Shown: in pieces, positions 1 through 11,212 of the stretch
Position numbering within the stretch: position 1 is the stretch's first letter
Layout: each line of letters opens with the position of its first letter
Source of the DNA: Epithemia pelagica
Lineage: Eukaryota; Protista; Bacillariophyta
Assembly: GCA_946965045.2 (NCBI GenBank)
Contig: OX337235.1
Location: 1,364,001 to 1,428,000, forward strand
Direction of reading: 5' to 3'
Length of the DNA: 64,000 bases
Notes under the pieces: model-generated
Told to the model about the DNA's origin: nothing
The model's database searches: none
What the model saw: the letters and a program-made list of their open reading frames with translations, nothing else
Position numbers and translations under genes: made by a program

Positions 1-802
1 TACATGTGTTTGGACGAGGACTGAAAGGGTGTCTGCAGCGAGATTGATTTTCTTGGATTAATACTCTACTTTGATTATGATAATATTATTCTCGGGTAGT
101 AGTTGAGAGTCATGCATCATAGTATAAACTGGTAATTTATCTTACTTGCTCGGGTGATATCTTTCGCAAGACGACAAACATTATATATGTTGAGGAATGA
201 ATTTCTCCAGCACGATCTAGTTTGCAATTTGTGTTTGCGCTGAGGTTAGGATCCCTTACCATTGCGACACGACATGGAGGTGGAGAATTGAGACTCTACT
301 GGGGAATTTGGGCCGACTCGTATGTTTCATATCCATTCGCAGCATAATCAGCCCAAAATTATCTGTGAATACATGACGGAAAATCCATCATCAGGGCTTT
401 CGATTGTTTTTGGTTCCCACTTCTCACTTACACGACTGTCTATGATATAGGGCATCTGGTATCGATGTTGGATGATCGATGATGACAAGTACTACTCCTA
501 CGAAGGTGGGATGATCAAAATCCGCCTACAGTAGAATTGCATTGAAAAATCCAGGATCAAGACCAAAAGCTATATGTCTCTGTGTTTATTACTCCAGATT
601 ATTGCCCTGTGAACTGTCGAAAAAAGAGACCCTCACTCTTGTCTATATTTGCCAAAAACGAAGATACTCTCACAAAATTTGGTTGGTTGCCGTCGAGTCA
701 GTGAAGCTGATCACTCATGGAACAAACCCAAATTTTCTTGTCTTTCGACAAGTCGGAGTCCTTCGATACAAAGACGAGTCGAAGTGAAGCCAAATCGGGA
801 GC

Positions 803-2877
803 ATGGTACCCATCGAAGAGCTGGCTAGCGTTGTTGCTGGGAAGAAGACAAGACAAGTTTCCAGTTCATCATGGTTGCGAACGAGTGCTGTTATCATAGT
901 TGCGGTGCTATTGAGCATGGCAAGGACAGCGCAGGCTCAAATTGGAACCGACATATGCGCATGTAGCCCAGCTACGTACACGTTTCAGGTTCGATTTGAC
1001 CTTACCTGTCCAGGAAACATCCAGGCAGACAATGGGATTCTGCAAACTGATTGTCAATTGCAAAATCAGGAGCAACCAGGTGACAACGAAGACTTCGTCC
1101 CAGTTTTTGTTTCTCAAATAACGCTTTTTGAACTTGGTGCGGAGCAACAAGTAATCGCAAGCCAACTATATACCGGAGATTTTATAAACGGGAGCACAAT
1201 CGTCTATACATCAGTCGTTGGGACGGATCCAAACTTGAACGAGCAAAATATTACTCAGGGCTTCCAATCAACCCTTTTGGGGCGTAACGCCGCTGAAATC
1301 GGCATTGAAAATACGTGGATTATTCTGTTCACTAATGAGTGTGGCGTTTTCCCACTTTTCACCGTTGGCGACCGAATTGGATGGCTGGAGTTAATTGATT
1401 TCACAAATCCGATCAATCGGTATTGTCCAGGTGAGGTAATCTGTGAGAAAGAGCGAAAGGCATATGATTCGAATCTAACCACTTTCTACGAACAGGTGTT
1501 CCGTCACCATCGCCGTCCAGTCGTCCGACAATATCAGAACAGCCATCCAACTTTCCATCGTTTTCCCCCACAGATCATCCGTCGGAAGTGCCTTCATTTT
1601 TACCCACAGAACATCCAAGTGAATCTCCATCTTTCACTCCGACTAGTCTCCCCTCGTTCTCGCCTTCAGCGCTTCCTTCGGTGTTCCCAAGTGCCAACCC
1701 GACACCCACTGCACCGACTACTAGCAGGCCAACCGAACAACCGTCGGACTTTCCAAGCGCTGCACCTTCAGGTTCAGATAATAAACCAACCAACAAGCCG
1801 ATACAAACAGACGAGCCAACCGGAAAGCCGACGGAAAAGCCCACGCCTGAATCTTGTCCTCCAGTATCTAAAGGCAAGGGCAAGGGCAAGGGCAAGGGCA
1901 AAGGCGGAAAGAAATCGGACAGTGGAAAGGGAGGAAAAGGAAAGAAATCAAAGAGTGGAAAGGGAGAAAAGGGAGGACAGGGAGACAAAGGAGAGAGTTC
2001 AAAGAGTGGTAAAGGAGGAAAAGGAAAGAATTCCAAGTCGGACAAATATGATGATGAGCCAACAAAAAGTCCTGGCCACAGCAAGAAAAGTGACTCGGCA
2101 CCAAAAATATACAAGAAGAAGAAAGAGAACCAGGACGATCGCGGGAAAAGACTCAAGCTATCGTCTGATGACTACAATCAAGATTCAAAGTCAGGTTCGT
2201 CATCGAGTGACAAAGGTCATTCTCCTGCTCCCGACTCTTTTTCAGATGTACTCTGCCCGTCCCCTGTGATCACAAAAAAGAAGCGAAAATCTATGACTAA
2301 AACGTTTGCGAAGAGCGAAGGCAAAGGGAAAGGCAAGGGAGGCAAAGGGAAAGGTAAAGGAAGTATGAAAATGGTCTCCGATGGGTCAGGGAAGGAATCA
2401 AAGGGGATATCCAAGGGAAAGGGTGATTATGAATCTACGGGCAAACCAAACGCGATGCCACCCCCAGTCTCGAAAGGCAAAGGTGCTTCAAGAGCTCCAG
2501 GGAAAAGTGGTAAAAAGGATTCATCCGGAAAGGGTTTTTCAATGTCACCCAAAAGTCCACATGTCAAGAACACCAAGGCATCTATCAAGGACGGTTCTAT
2601 GGAGAAGATTGTCAAATCATCAAGTGACAAAAGCAAGGGGAAAGGAAAAGGACAAGATTCAGGAAAAGGCATGGGAAAGGGAAAGGGAAAAGGGAAAGGT
2701 GGAGATTCTGATGATGAACCCTCGGAAGGGAAGAAAAGTCCAGCCCCTCACCCCCCAACGACCACGGAAGCGCCTGCGATATTTGCCACGGCAAAGCCAA
2801 GTCAGCCAAAAACAAAGTATATATTTGAAAAACCAGCGGAATCGTACGTTTATAGACAAGAACCCACGAGTGTTTAA
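803..2877 (+). CDS. Secreted 6-Cys-domain / PTS-linker / Lys-rich-tail protein, family copy A (exons 803-1430, 1496-2877)
   Basis: Hydrophobic leader ending AQA|QIG, then domain QIGTDICACSP...TCPG...TDC...FTNECGVFP...YCP. A phase-1 GT-AG intron (1431-1495) joins ORF 803 to the frame of ORF 1588. PSxxPT repeats are followed by a GKGKG/KSGK-rich tail. Confidence 0.85.
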
Positions 2878-3521
2878 CTCAAGTCTCGCCCTCACGAACA
2901 CTGCCTGATTGCTTTTTCTCTTTCGCCCAGACCGAACCAGAGACCCTGATTATTTATATGATTGACAAGGGGGAAAGGACACTCCAGCGATGGAAGGTGT
3001 ATCCTCGGCAAATGGATTGAAATACTGTTTCACTCACTCGCAAGACAAATGAAGATAAGTGCCGAGATCTCGTCAAGGTATATCAGTTCATGGAAACGTG
3101 AAAGGGGGATACATTTTAGTTTGTTTGAAGTTGTCCGTATTTGTACACTACATAAAATTAATTCTTATTTTTCGAGTAGACACTATTCAATATCGTCATG
3201 CATCCTCTGTTCGTATTGAACTTCTGAAAGTCATCAAGCTCGACCTGTGCTATGTTGTTCTTGGCGAATGAAAGGAACGTACAAGCCGAACGATGTCCAC
3301 ATCGCATTTGGCTTTCATGGAGGAGGACGTGCCAAACGTCGGCCAACAAGGTCGATTACTACACCCAGCGGCCTTTCAGTTTCTTACCAGCTTCGGTACA
3401 AGATACTCGAACAAGCAAGTATCTTCGCGACGGAGATTATCAATGTACACAAGGTGCATGCTTTCCGGACCAAGACCAGCTAATGGTTGTCCGTCACAGT
3501 TGTTGTTGGCACTCCTCGAAA

Positions 3522-5515
3522 TCACCATACGGTTAGAGAGGTGACTCGAACATACTCGTTGGAATCCAGTGTTTGGGCCCGAAACTCATACAACCCCTCG
3601 CTATTTGCTGCCCACTTATGACCGTTTGCGTGCTTCAAAAAGGCGCAATCTCGAAACCTTGTATAATTGTGCACGTTGACACCATTCACCGTCATGGAGA
3701 ATTTGGTCTCATTCCGTAATTCGTCCATACTCAAAACACCCCGCGGACAGCTCCAACCACATGTTGCCAAACAAAGAGCAATGTAGCCGTGTAAGGCAGT
3801 CGGGGACGACGAGTCGTCAAAGAATGATTTTTCGGCTGGATTGGGAAGGGTTAGCTTGGACTGTCCATACGAGTTGATGACGAAAAAATCAAGGTGGTCG
3901 ATTTGGACCGTATGGTTCGTGCAAAAGGTTTCGTACGAGCTGGCATCAAACCCCAATTCCATGCGTTCATTGGCGCGGTTACGAATCTCATTGAGGCCAT
4001 GACCATGGTCGTAACTGGTGTATCCTCCTTTGAGATCAGACTCGGTCGCGAGCCCATTGTAGCGCGTCTGCGAAGGAACACGGGCCGTTTGACAAAAATT
4101 GGGATCCCAATAAATGACTTGGGTAGGGATATCATCAATTTTTTCCAAATACCCAGGAAACTTGATATTACTCGTGTTCTTGCTCAACAAGTTGTGATAG
4201 TCCCTGTCCTCTTCCGCTTTCAGCGTATCCATGAGCACTTTCGGGTCGGAGCCTTTTTCAGCTATTAGAAGCAATGCATCATCAAAAACCTTAATGAGAA
4301 ACAAAGTGAGGAGGTTGCCATAAAAGGCATGCCATTTCCTGCCCAATACGAAAAAAGCAGAAGAAAGGTAAGAAACAATCCGAAAAAAAGACAAGACGAG
4401 ACAACTGGAGGACCGCGCACCATCCGGGGTGCCAGGAAGCCTTGTGCTTGCGCTTGTTGCAGGGTTCATCATCGGTAACGTAGGTGTATTTTTCGTGGTC
4501 ACAGGTTAGTTCTCCCTTTTCAATGTCCTTCCCGCAACGAAAAGAGCGAACGAATTTTGGCATTTGATCAATCTCTTGTTGCGTTTTGTCTGCTGTATCC
4601 GGAAACGTGTGGATCAACTTTTTGGTGTTTAACAGGAATATTGGAGGACCAAGAGGCTCCATGCTATAGAAAGCAGGTTTGGTATGGCCCATTTCAATGC
4701 CGATCAGTGCAAGCCGATTGGGAAGAATAGCACCACGGTGAAAGTACAACTCTGCCCTGTCATTGTCAGTCTGTCATACCAAGTTGTTCCACAACAGAAA
4801 TGGGGCGCACAGCACAAAAGCAATTTGTCAGAAATGTCAAGTAAGTTGATGGGACCTTCATCATCGATAAACAGTACGTACCCCCGTAGTCATTCCGTAA
4901 TCCCAGGACAACCTATCGACGTCCACTCCAAAAACTTTTTTATACAGCTTGCAATTCCCATTCCACAGGATGTGGCACCCATGACATAATTCCGGGCGGT
5001 CAAGTCCAATTCTACCGCCTCCAAGATGGGCGTACTTGCACGATCCTCCATGGTCGCCGTGTAGGATTCATGAAACAAATTTCCGTGACCGGCCAATGCC
5101 GAATGTCCACCCGTCGTCCACACAAATGGCCGCGGCTGGGCGCCAATTCCAAAATTTTCAGGGCAACTTGGCGCTGGACATTGTTCCAGGACCGGGTCGT
5201 TCCTTCCAAGGCGGACCGAGCAATCGATCGTTTGGTACCATCGACGACTTGTTCGAACTGGACCGCAACGTTCTCGCCTCCATAGTCCTCCGTCATTTTC
5301 GTCATGAACTTGGCTCGTTCCAATTGAAACTTTTCCCTTATCCGAGTCGTTGTGTAAGGACCATCACTTTGCAGCATTCAAGAGTGTCGTGATTCGCTGC
5401 GAAGGACTTGGTCATTGAGAGAAGCAAAGTTTGTGCGCAGCAGGTGAAGGAATGCACCGGTAACCAGTAAAATTGCAACACCAACAAGTCCCTCTTCGTC
5501 CATTTGAGGCGCCAT
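3522..5515 (-). pseudogene. Type II membrane SGNH-hydrolase-like protein of a diatom-type family, disrupted (exons approx 5515-4882, 4770-4421, 4338-3522)
   Basis: N-terminal TM segment (GLVGVAILLVTGAFL), then an in-frame TGA at 5378-5380. Motifs FVWTTGGHSALAGHGN, ARNYVMGATS, FGVDVDRLSWDYGMT and SWHPGWKWH lie in three different frames, needing 1-nt deletions near 5130 and in the T-run at 4936-4941. Two introns have canonical ends. Confidence 0.65.
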
Positions 5516-6067
5516 GATCAGAAGATACTCTCATATTGATTCGTTCTTTCATCGCAGACTGTGTGCCTGATGATTCTCATTGACCAAAAGATCAAAGATA
5601 AAAGAAGATGAGGTGTGTGTGTGTCTGTGTCGCAGTGCCATGTGATGGGGGGACGTCAAAAGAGTGACAGATTTTGGCGCTGGGATTTAAATATCAGAAT
5701 AACACCAACTGTACATTTTGATACTACCAAGGGGTTTGTATCAGTCGAATCTCTTTTGCCACAAAGAATCCTTTGACTGTCCAAAAAATCGGCTGGAGCG
5801 CGCTTGGCGAGTCTCAGTTTTATTTTCATTCCTACTGTTATCGCCACAGTAACGTTTACAAATAGGTTCTTTCACATTTTTCACATGCGGAAGCACCAAA
5901 ATCAAATAATCGAACCGCTCACAAATTTGTCGGTGGGTGTACCAAATCGGAGAGAGACGTGATGACAAAGGAACGGCATTCATGAAGTCGTCCGCATTCG
6001 ACTCCCACTCCTTTTCCTGAAAGCTCCTGAAAAATCACCATCACCATCAGAGCTCAAATTCAAGACA

Positions 6068-7964
6068 ATGACTTTACCAATGACGAGTCCTCGGAACGTT
6101 TGGAGGACCAAGGTGCTCCTGGCAATTGTCGTTTGGACCAATTTCTTTGCGGTCGTCTCGGGGCAAATTGGAGTCGATTTATGCGCATGTACTCCGTCGT
6201 CCTATACATTTGAAGTTCGGCTCGATTTGACATGTCCCGGAAACATTGACAGCAATCCTGGGATTGACCAGACAACCTGCCTCAGCCAAACGGAACGAGG
6301 AAATCCAAACAATGAGGACTTTGTACCGGTATCCGTCAGCACTGTGCAAATAACAGAAGCCAACGCTGGATTTCAAGTTGTCAAGATTGTTGAGTTCCAA
6401 GGAACAGGAGACTTTACGCAAGGCGACCTCATTGAATACACTTCTGTCACTGCCGAACGATCGGATCTCACCGAAGACGAAATTATCACCTTCCTCCAGC
6501 TCAACGTACAGGGACGAAACGTTGCCGGTGATGATATCAGCAACAATTTCATAATCCAAGTTACCAACGATTGTGGGGTGTTCCCAGTCCTTTCGATTGG
6601 AGATCGAGTGGGATGGCTCCGGATCGATGACGCCACATTCCCCCGAAATTTGTATTGTCCAGGTATGTGAAACAAGTGATTCTGCTGCACATTGAGTTTA
6701 CTGCGAAAATACTGACCGAAATGCCTTGACAGGAAATCCTACTCCGCTTCCATCGAGTAGTCCATCCCTATCAGGACTTCCTTCTGTCTCTCCCACGACG
6801 ATGCCGACGTCTTCTCCTTCATTCCATCCAACGTCAACCCCATCGACAACGCCCTCCTCCTTGCCATCATCTCTGCCATCCTTTGTTCCAACTACTCTTC
6901 CGACTGTAACACCGACATCCATGCCATCATCTGTTCCAAGTCTGGTTCCAACTGCTGTTCCTTCAATGCTCCCTTCGGTATTTCCTACGGTTCGTCCGAC
7001 TACAAGTGTCTTTCCCACACCGACGGAACCAACCACTGGGCAACCAACAGACGAGCCTACACCATTGGCCACCAGTTTACCTACCCCTCTTTCTCCAACC
7101 AAAATTCCCATTGAACCTGTTCCAACGACCGAGGCCCCGACGACTTTTTCCAAGCCCACACAAAAACCAACGGAAAAACCAGTTTATCTATGTCCTCCCG
7201 TTACACCAACCAAGCGTGGCAAAGAGTCCAAAAGTGATTCTATCGGTAAGAAATCAAAGAACTCCGACAATGGTAAGGGCACGAAGAGCGCCTATGGCGG
7301 AAAGAAATCGGATACCGGTGGTAAGGGATCAACGTCTTCTGGTAAAAAAGAAACTTCCGTTCCTGACATGCCCAAGAAAAAAGTGAAATCGAAGAAGAAC
7401 AGAAGAGGTCACAAACTAGAGGCTTGGGTATCGAATGAATCCAGAGATCTGAACGGCGCATACGAAGCTTACAGCCGTTTGTCAGGCCAGCGGAGCCTAG
7501 GATATGAGAAATCGTCTCCAACGAAGACAGACGAAAAGTCATCTAAGAGACAGGGCAAATCACCAGTTTCTCCTCCTAGTCTATGCTTACAGACACCTCC
7601 CCCAAAGAAATTGGCTCGGCGCCCCAAGGCTACTAAATCTCATCGGATGGAAAAAATTCCAAAGTATGGAAAGGGAAAGGGAAAGAAGTCTTCGTCGTAT
7701 GGAGAGGGAAAAAGAAAAGGAGCAACACAAAATGACCATGGGAAAAAAGGAATGTATACTGCGACACCGACAGTGTCGAAGGGGGAGAAAGCAAAATCGC
7801 AACCTCCAACAGAACAGAAGGACATGTCTAAACCTTCCCATTTGCCCACTTCGCGTCCTTCTTCCAAACCAACTGAAAAGCCGAAACAACAAGCGGATGA
7901 TTTGTACACCGATCCGCCAGTCTCCCCTTCAAAATCGATGAAACCCAAATCGATGAAATCCTAA
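6068..7964 (+). CDS. Secreted 6-Cys-domain / PTS-linker / Lys-rich-tail protein, family copy B (exons 6068-6662, 6733-7964)
   Basis: Signal peptide ending VSG|QIGVDLCACTP, with the same six Cys. A phase-1 intron 6663-6732 (gtatgt...gacag) links to the frame of ORF 6726. PS/PT-rich linker and Lys-rich tail. Confidence 0.88.
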
Positions 7965-9263
7965 GTGTATCCCATCCCACAGTTCACCTTGATTCCACTT
8001 TCCGACTTAAAACCTTTGTTGACTGTTCTTTGTCTTTAATTGGATTGTCAACGATGAAAAATAACCAATGAACGATCGTTAATGCTCATATGAATATTCA
8101 GATTATGTAAACCACTAACCCCAAAATATGTTGCATAGCTTGGTTAGGTCCTCGGCTCCCCGACCAAGAGATCTTCGAAGACGAGATTGTATCAACGACC
8201 TAGGTTGGCGTTGTATTTAATTTTCAGTTGCCAACTTGAACGTATCGTGCAACAGAAATGCTTTGGCCTTGGGTCTAAGTCAAATAAGACTGTTTATGTG
8301 AAGGTTCACATGAAACAACGATCAAGTCCAAGTGTAAGCAAGATGGGAAAGGTCTTCTATTACTTCCCTATTTGTTGCGTATGATGTTTTGACACGATCG
8401 TCCACTCTACGTTGAGTCGAAAAGGTGAGACTGCATGTTGCCGTTGCGATTTTTGCGATGAGAAAACAGAACGAGTAATAAATAAACGGAACTGTAGGTC
8501 ATCTACCCTACAATAGACATGATTCGGTTGGGTGTGTCGTGCAAAGAGCTTGACCAGACTCCTTCTTCCAAAGGGCACATGACGGCTCAATTCAATCCAT
8601 TGATCCCAAAGCAATTCTGGTCACAATGATGTCTCTTCATGCGAATTCGAGCTGGTTGGGCACTCCTTGCATGATGCTCTGCATTCTGGAAATTTGAAAT
8701 TTTGAGAGTTGCGGTGTCGGAATTCTGGATTTGTTGTCGGGAGCGGAGCTCGGATTTGATTTTGACAAAAATGGCGAAACAGATACAATTTGGCAAATAA
8801 ATTGGCTCATATTTCTATGTATTTTTTGCTTCAAACAATCCAAAATACTCGGGATTCCAATTTTACACATCGTTTTTCTGGTATTTCCTACGGACAAACA
8901 AAAACAACTTCGCCCTGAGATTTTGGGGGATTTCAGTTGTGATGTCTGACTTCAAACTTAATTAAGCCCTCTCGGTCTTGGTGTATAAATTTTTGGATGA
9001 CCGGGCTGAATTATTTGTCGGTCCTTTGTTGTGATTGTCCAATTTTTCTTAAAAAGGAGACTCATGATGTTGCCGAAAATCTATCAACGCTCACAAAATT
9101 GATCTGTATGGAGTATCCCGAAAGTCGAAAACTCCAACCATTGACATCCAGCATTATTGCAACCATTGAGCTCATAACACTAACCACAGTTCAAAAGATT
9201 GGAACTGGATCAAACAACAGGTCATTCGCATATCGATCTTCCTGGAGAAAGCACCAAGTCATC

Positions 9264-10900
9264 ATGAATGCCGACAGTGGGCCCAGGGCTTGGTCTTTTT
9301 CTACCATGCTTAAACTCTTTCTCACGATGACCTTACTCGGTCTAACAAGCGCTCAACATGGATCAGGATTGTGTTCTTGCCTCCCGAGTTTCATGACATT
9401 CCAAATTTTCTTTAATACAAGATGCCCAGGAAACATCATAGTGGAAGACCGACCGGGCATCAGCGAGACTGCATGCGAAGCTCTTAACCAAGACGGCACC
9501 CAGCCCGACGATGGCGACGATGTCCCCGTCACTATTACCAGCGTTCAGATTCTTGAGCTCAACCGCGAAGACCAGCCCCTTTCCCAGGAAACTAGGGATG
9601 GAGTTTTTGTCGACGGGCAAGAATTCAACTACACGTCAGTGACTGTGAGAAACCCTGATTTGGATGAAGCAGTCGGTGCTCTCCAAATCGCTTTGGATGG
9701 GAGAAATGCGCAAGGAGCTCAAATTATTAACAGCTGGATTATCAAGTTCACCAATGAATGCGGAATTTTTCCTCTTCTTGAGGCTGACGATCAAATTGGA
9801 TGGACCGTCTTCGTATCTTCCACTCTCCCCGAAGCCAAGTTTTGCCCAGGTATGTGACCATTGCATTCCATCTCGCACACCAGCAAATGATGGAATCCGC
9901 TAACCCTTTTATATTGTCAACAGGAGTTCCCACGAGTTCGCCTTCGGCCGCCCCTTCCCTTTCGGCCATGCCTTCAATGTTTCCCTCTGAAGAGCCATCA
10001 TTCTTTCCTACCGCATTTCCATCATGGTCGCCTTCATCCCATCCTTCCCTTGGGCCAACGGCAATCGATACTCCCCAAACTTCCAAGCCAACAAACCCAC
10101 TGACTGATAGCCCAACAATGAAGCCTACATCTAAGCCCACTTCTAAGCCGACTGAAGCCGAATGCCCTCCTGTCACACCCCATCCAACAAAAAAGCCGAC
10201 ATATGGTGGCAAGAAAGAGAAGAGTGCAGACAGCGGTAAGGGTAAAGGTGGAAAGGGTAAAGGCGGAAAGGGTAAGGGTAGCAAGAAGTCGCCTGCAAGT
10301 GGAAAGGGCAAGGGTGGAAAGAAGTCATCTACGGGTGGAAAAGGTAAGGGAGATACAAGTGGGAAGAAATCCGGTCTCCCTGAATACAAAGACAAGAAGG
10401 AAAAGAAAGACGACAAAAAGGGTGACAAGCTTATACTTAAAGCATATCGACATCTCGGGGCCGATTATGACGATGAGTACGACGATGATGATTATTACTA
10501 CGACTCTTCATCGGGAAAAGGCAAGGGCAAGAAGGACGAGGACTACGGAAAAGGCAAAGGGAAAAAAGAAAGTGTCAAGTCAGGAGGGAAAAAGGGTGAT
10601 TCCGATTACTCTGTTCGCTGTCCCGGTGTTATCCACGATAAGAAGGAAGTTCCACCCAAACCTGTGATGCAAATGTTACCCAAAAGTCCTAAGGCATCAT
10701 CTGGGAAGGGCAAAGGCTCAGGGAAAGGCGAAGGCAAAGGAATGGCTTCGTCTGGAAAAGGCAAAGGAGGAGAGTATTCAGGAAAAGGCAAAGGAGGAGA
10801 GTATTCAGGAAAAGGCAAAGGAGGAGAGTATTCAGGAAAAGGCAAAGGAGGAGAGTATTCAGGAGAAGGCAAGGGTAAAGGAAGACGTGCAGCCCGCTAA
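9264..10900 (+). CDS. Secreted 6-Cys-domain / PTS-linker / Lys-rich-tail protein, family copy C (exons 9264-9849, 9924-10900)
   Basis: ATG 9264 gives a leader ending TSA|QHGSGLCSCLP with six Cys. Phase-1 intron 9850-9923. The tail has GKGKGGKGKGG, RHL, a DYDDEYDDDDYYYD block and (GKGKGGEYS)4. Confidence 0.85.
10754..10861 (+). repeat. Coding tandem repeat, 4 perfect copies of a 27-nt unit (GKGKGGEYS)
   Basis: ggaaaaggcaaaggaggagagtattca at 10754, 10781, 10808 and 10835. Confidence 0.97.
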
Positions 10901-11096
10901 ACTCTGAACCCACGCAACACCAAAGCACTATTTTGACGACACAAATTGTCCCCGTCCTCCCGTGATTTTGGCAAATGTAAATTCGTACTGTCTTGCATGA
11001 TCCAGAAGAAATCTACAACTAGAGAAAACGAGATATTTGACATAAAATTACTCTTAATTGCAAATTTGAAGTTCACATGCTAGGCCACATGATTTT

Positions 11097-11197
11097 CACA
11101 GACCCAAATCAAACGTGTTGTTGTAACTGCTCTATCTCGCCTTTCGTTATTTCCACAGACCCAAATCAAACGTATTGTTGTAACTACTCTATCACGC
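11097..11197. repeat. Non-coding direct duplication, 44-nt core with 57-nt period
   Basis: cacagacccaaatcaaacgtgttgttgtaactgctctatctcgc (11097) vs cacagacccaaatcaaacgtattgttgtaactactctatcacgc (11154); 3 mismatches. Confidence 0.92.
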
Positions 11198-11212
11198 ACT
11201 TCATTTCCTTCA

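Noticed and set aside
1575-2156. Long antisense and alternative-frame ORFs over the Lys/Pro-rich exons (also 6698-7159, 9748-10428, 10606-10872, 29969-30592, 31413-31739)
   Set aside because: Shadow ORFs produced by low-complexity codon usage on the coding strand; no independent motifs.
1431-2269. C-terminal half of track ORF 803-2269 as real protein
   Set aside because: It reads through a canonical intron at 1431-1495. The spliced frame matches paralogues B and C.
5378-5380. In-frame TGA as selenocysteine or programmed readthrough
   Set aside because: It lies in a non-catalytic stem region, and the same gene has two frameshifts; decay or error is simpler.
8997-9263. 5' extension of copy C from ATG 8997
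   Set aside because: It places about 90 aa before the signal peptide. ATG 9264 gives a leader comparable to the paralogues.
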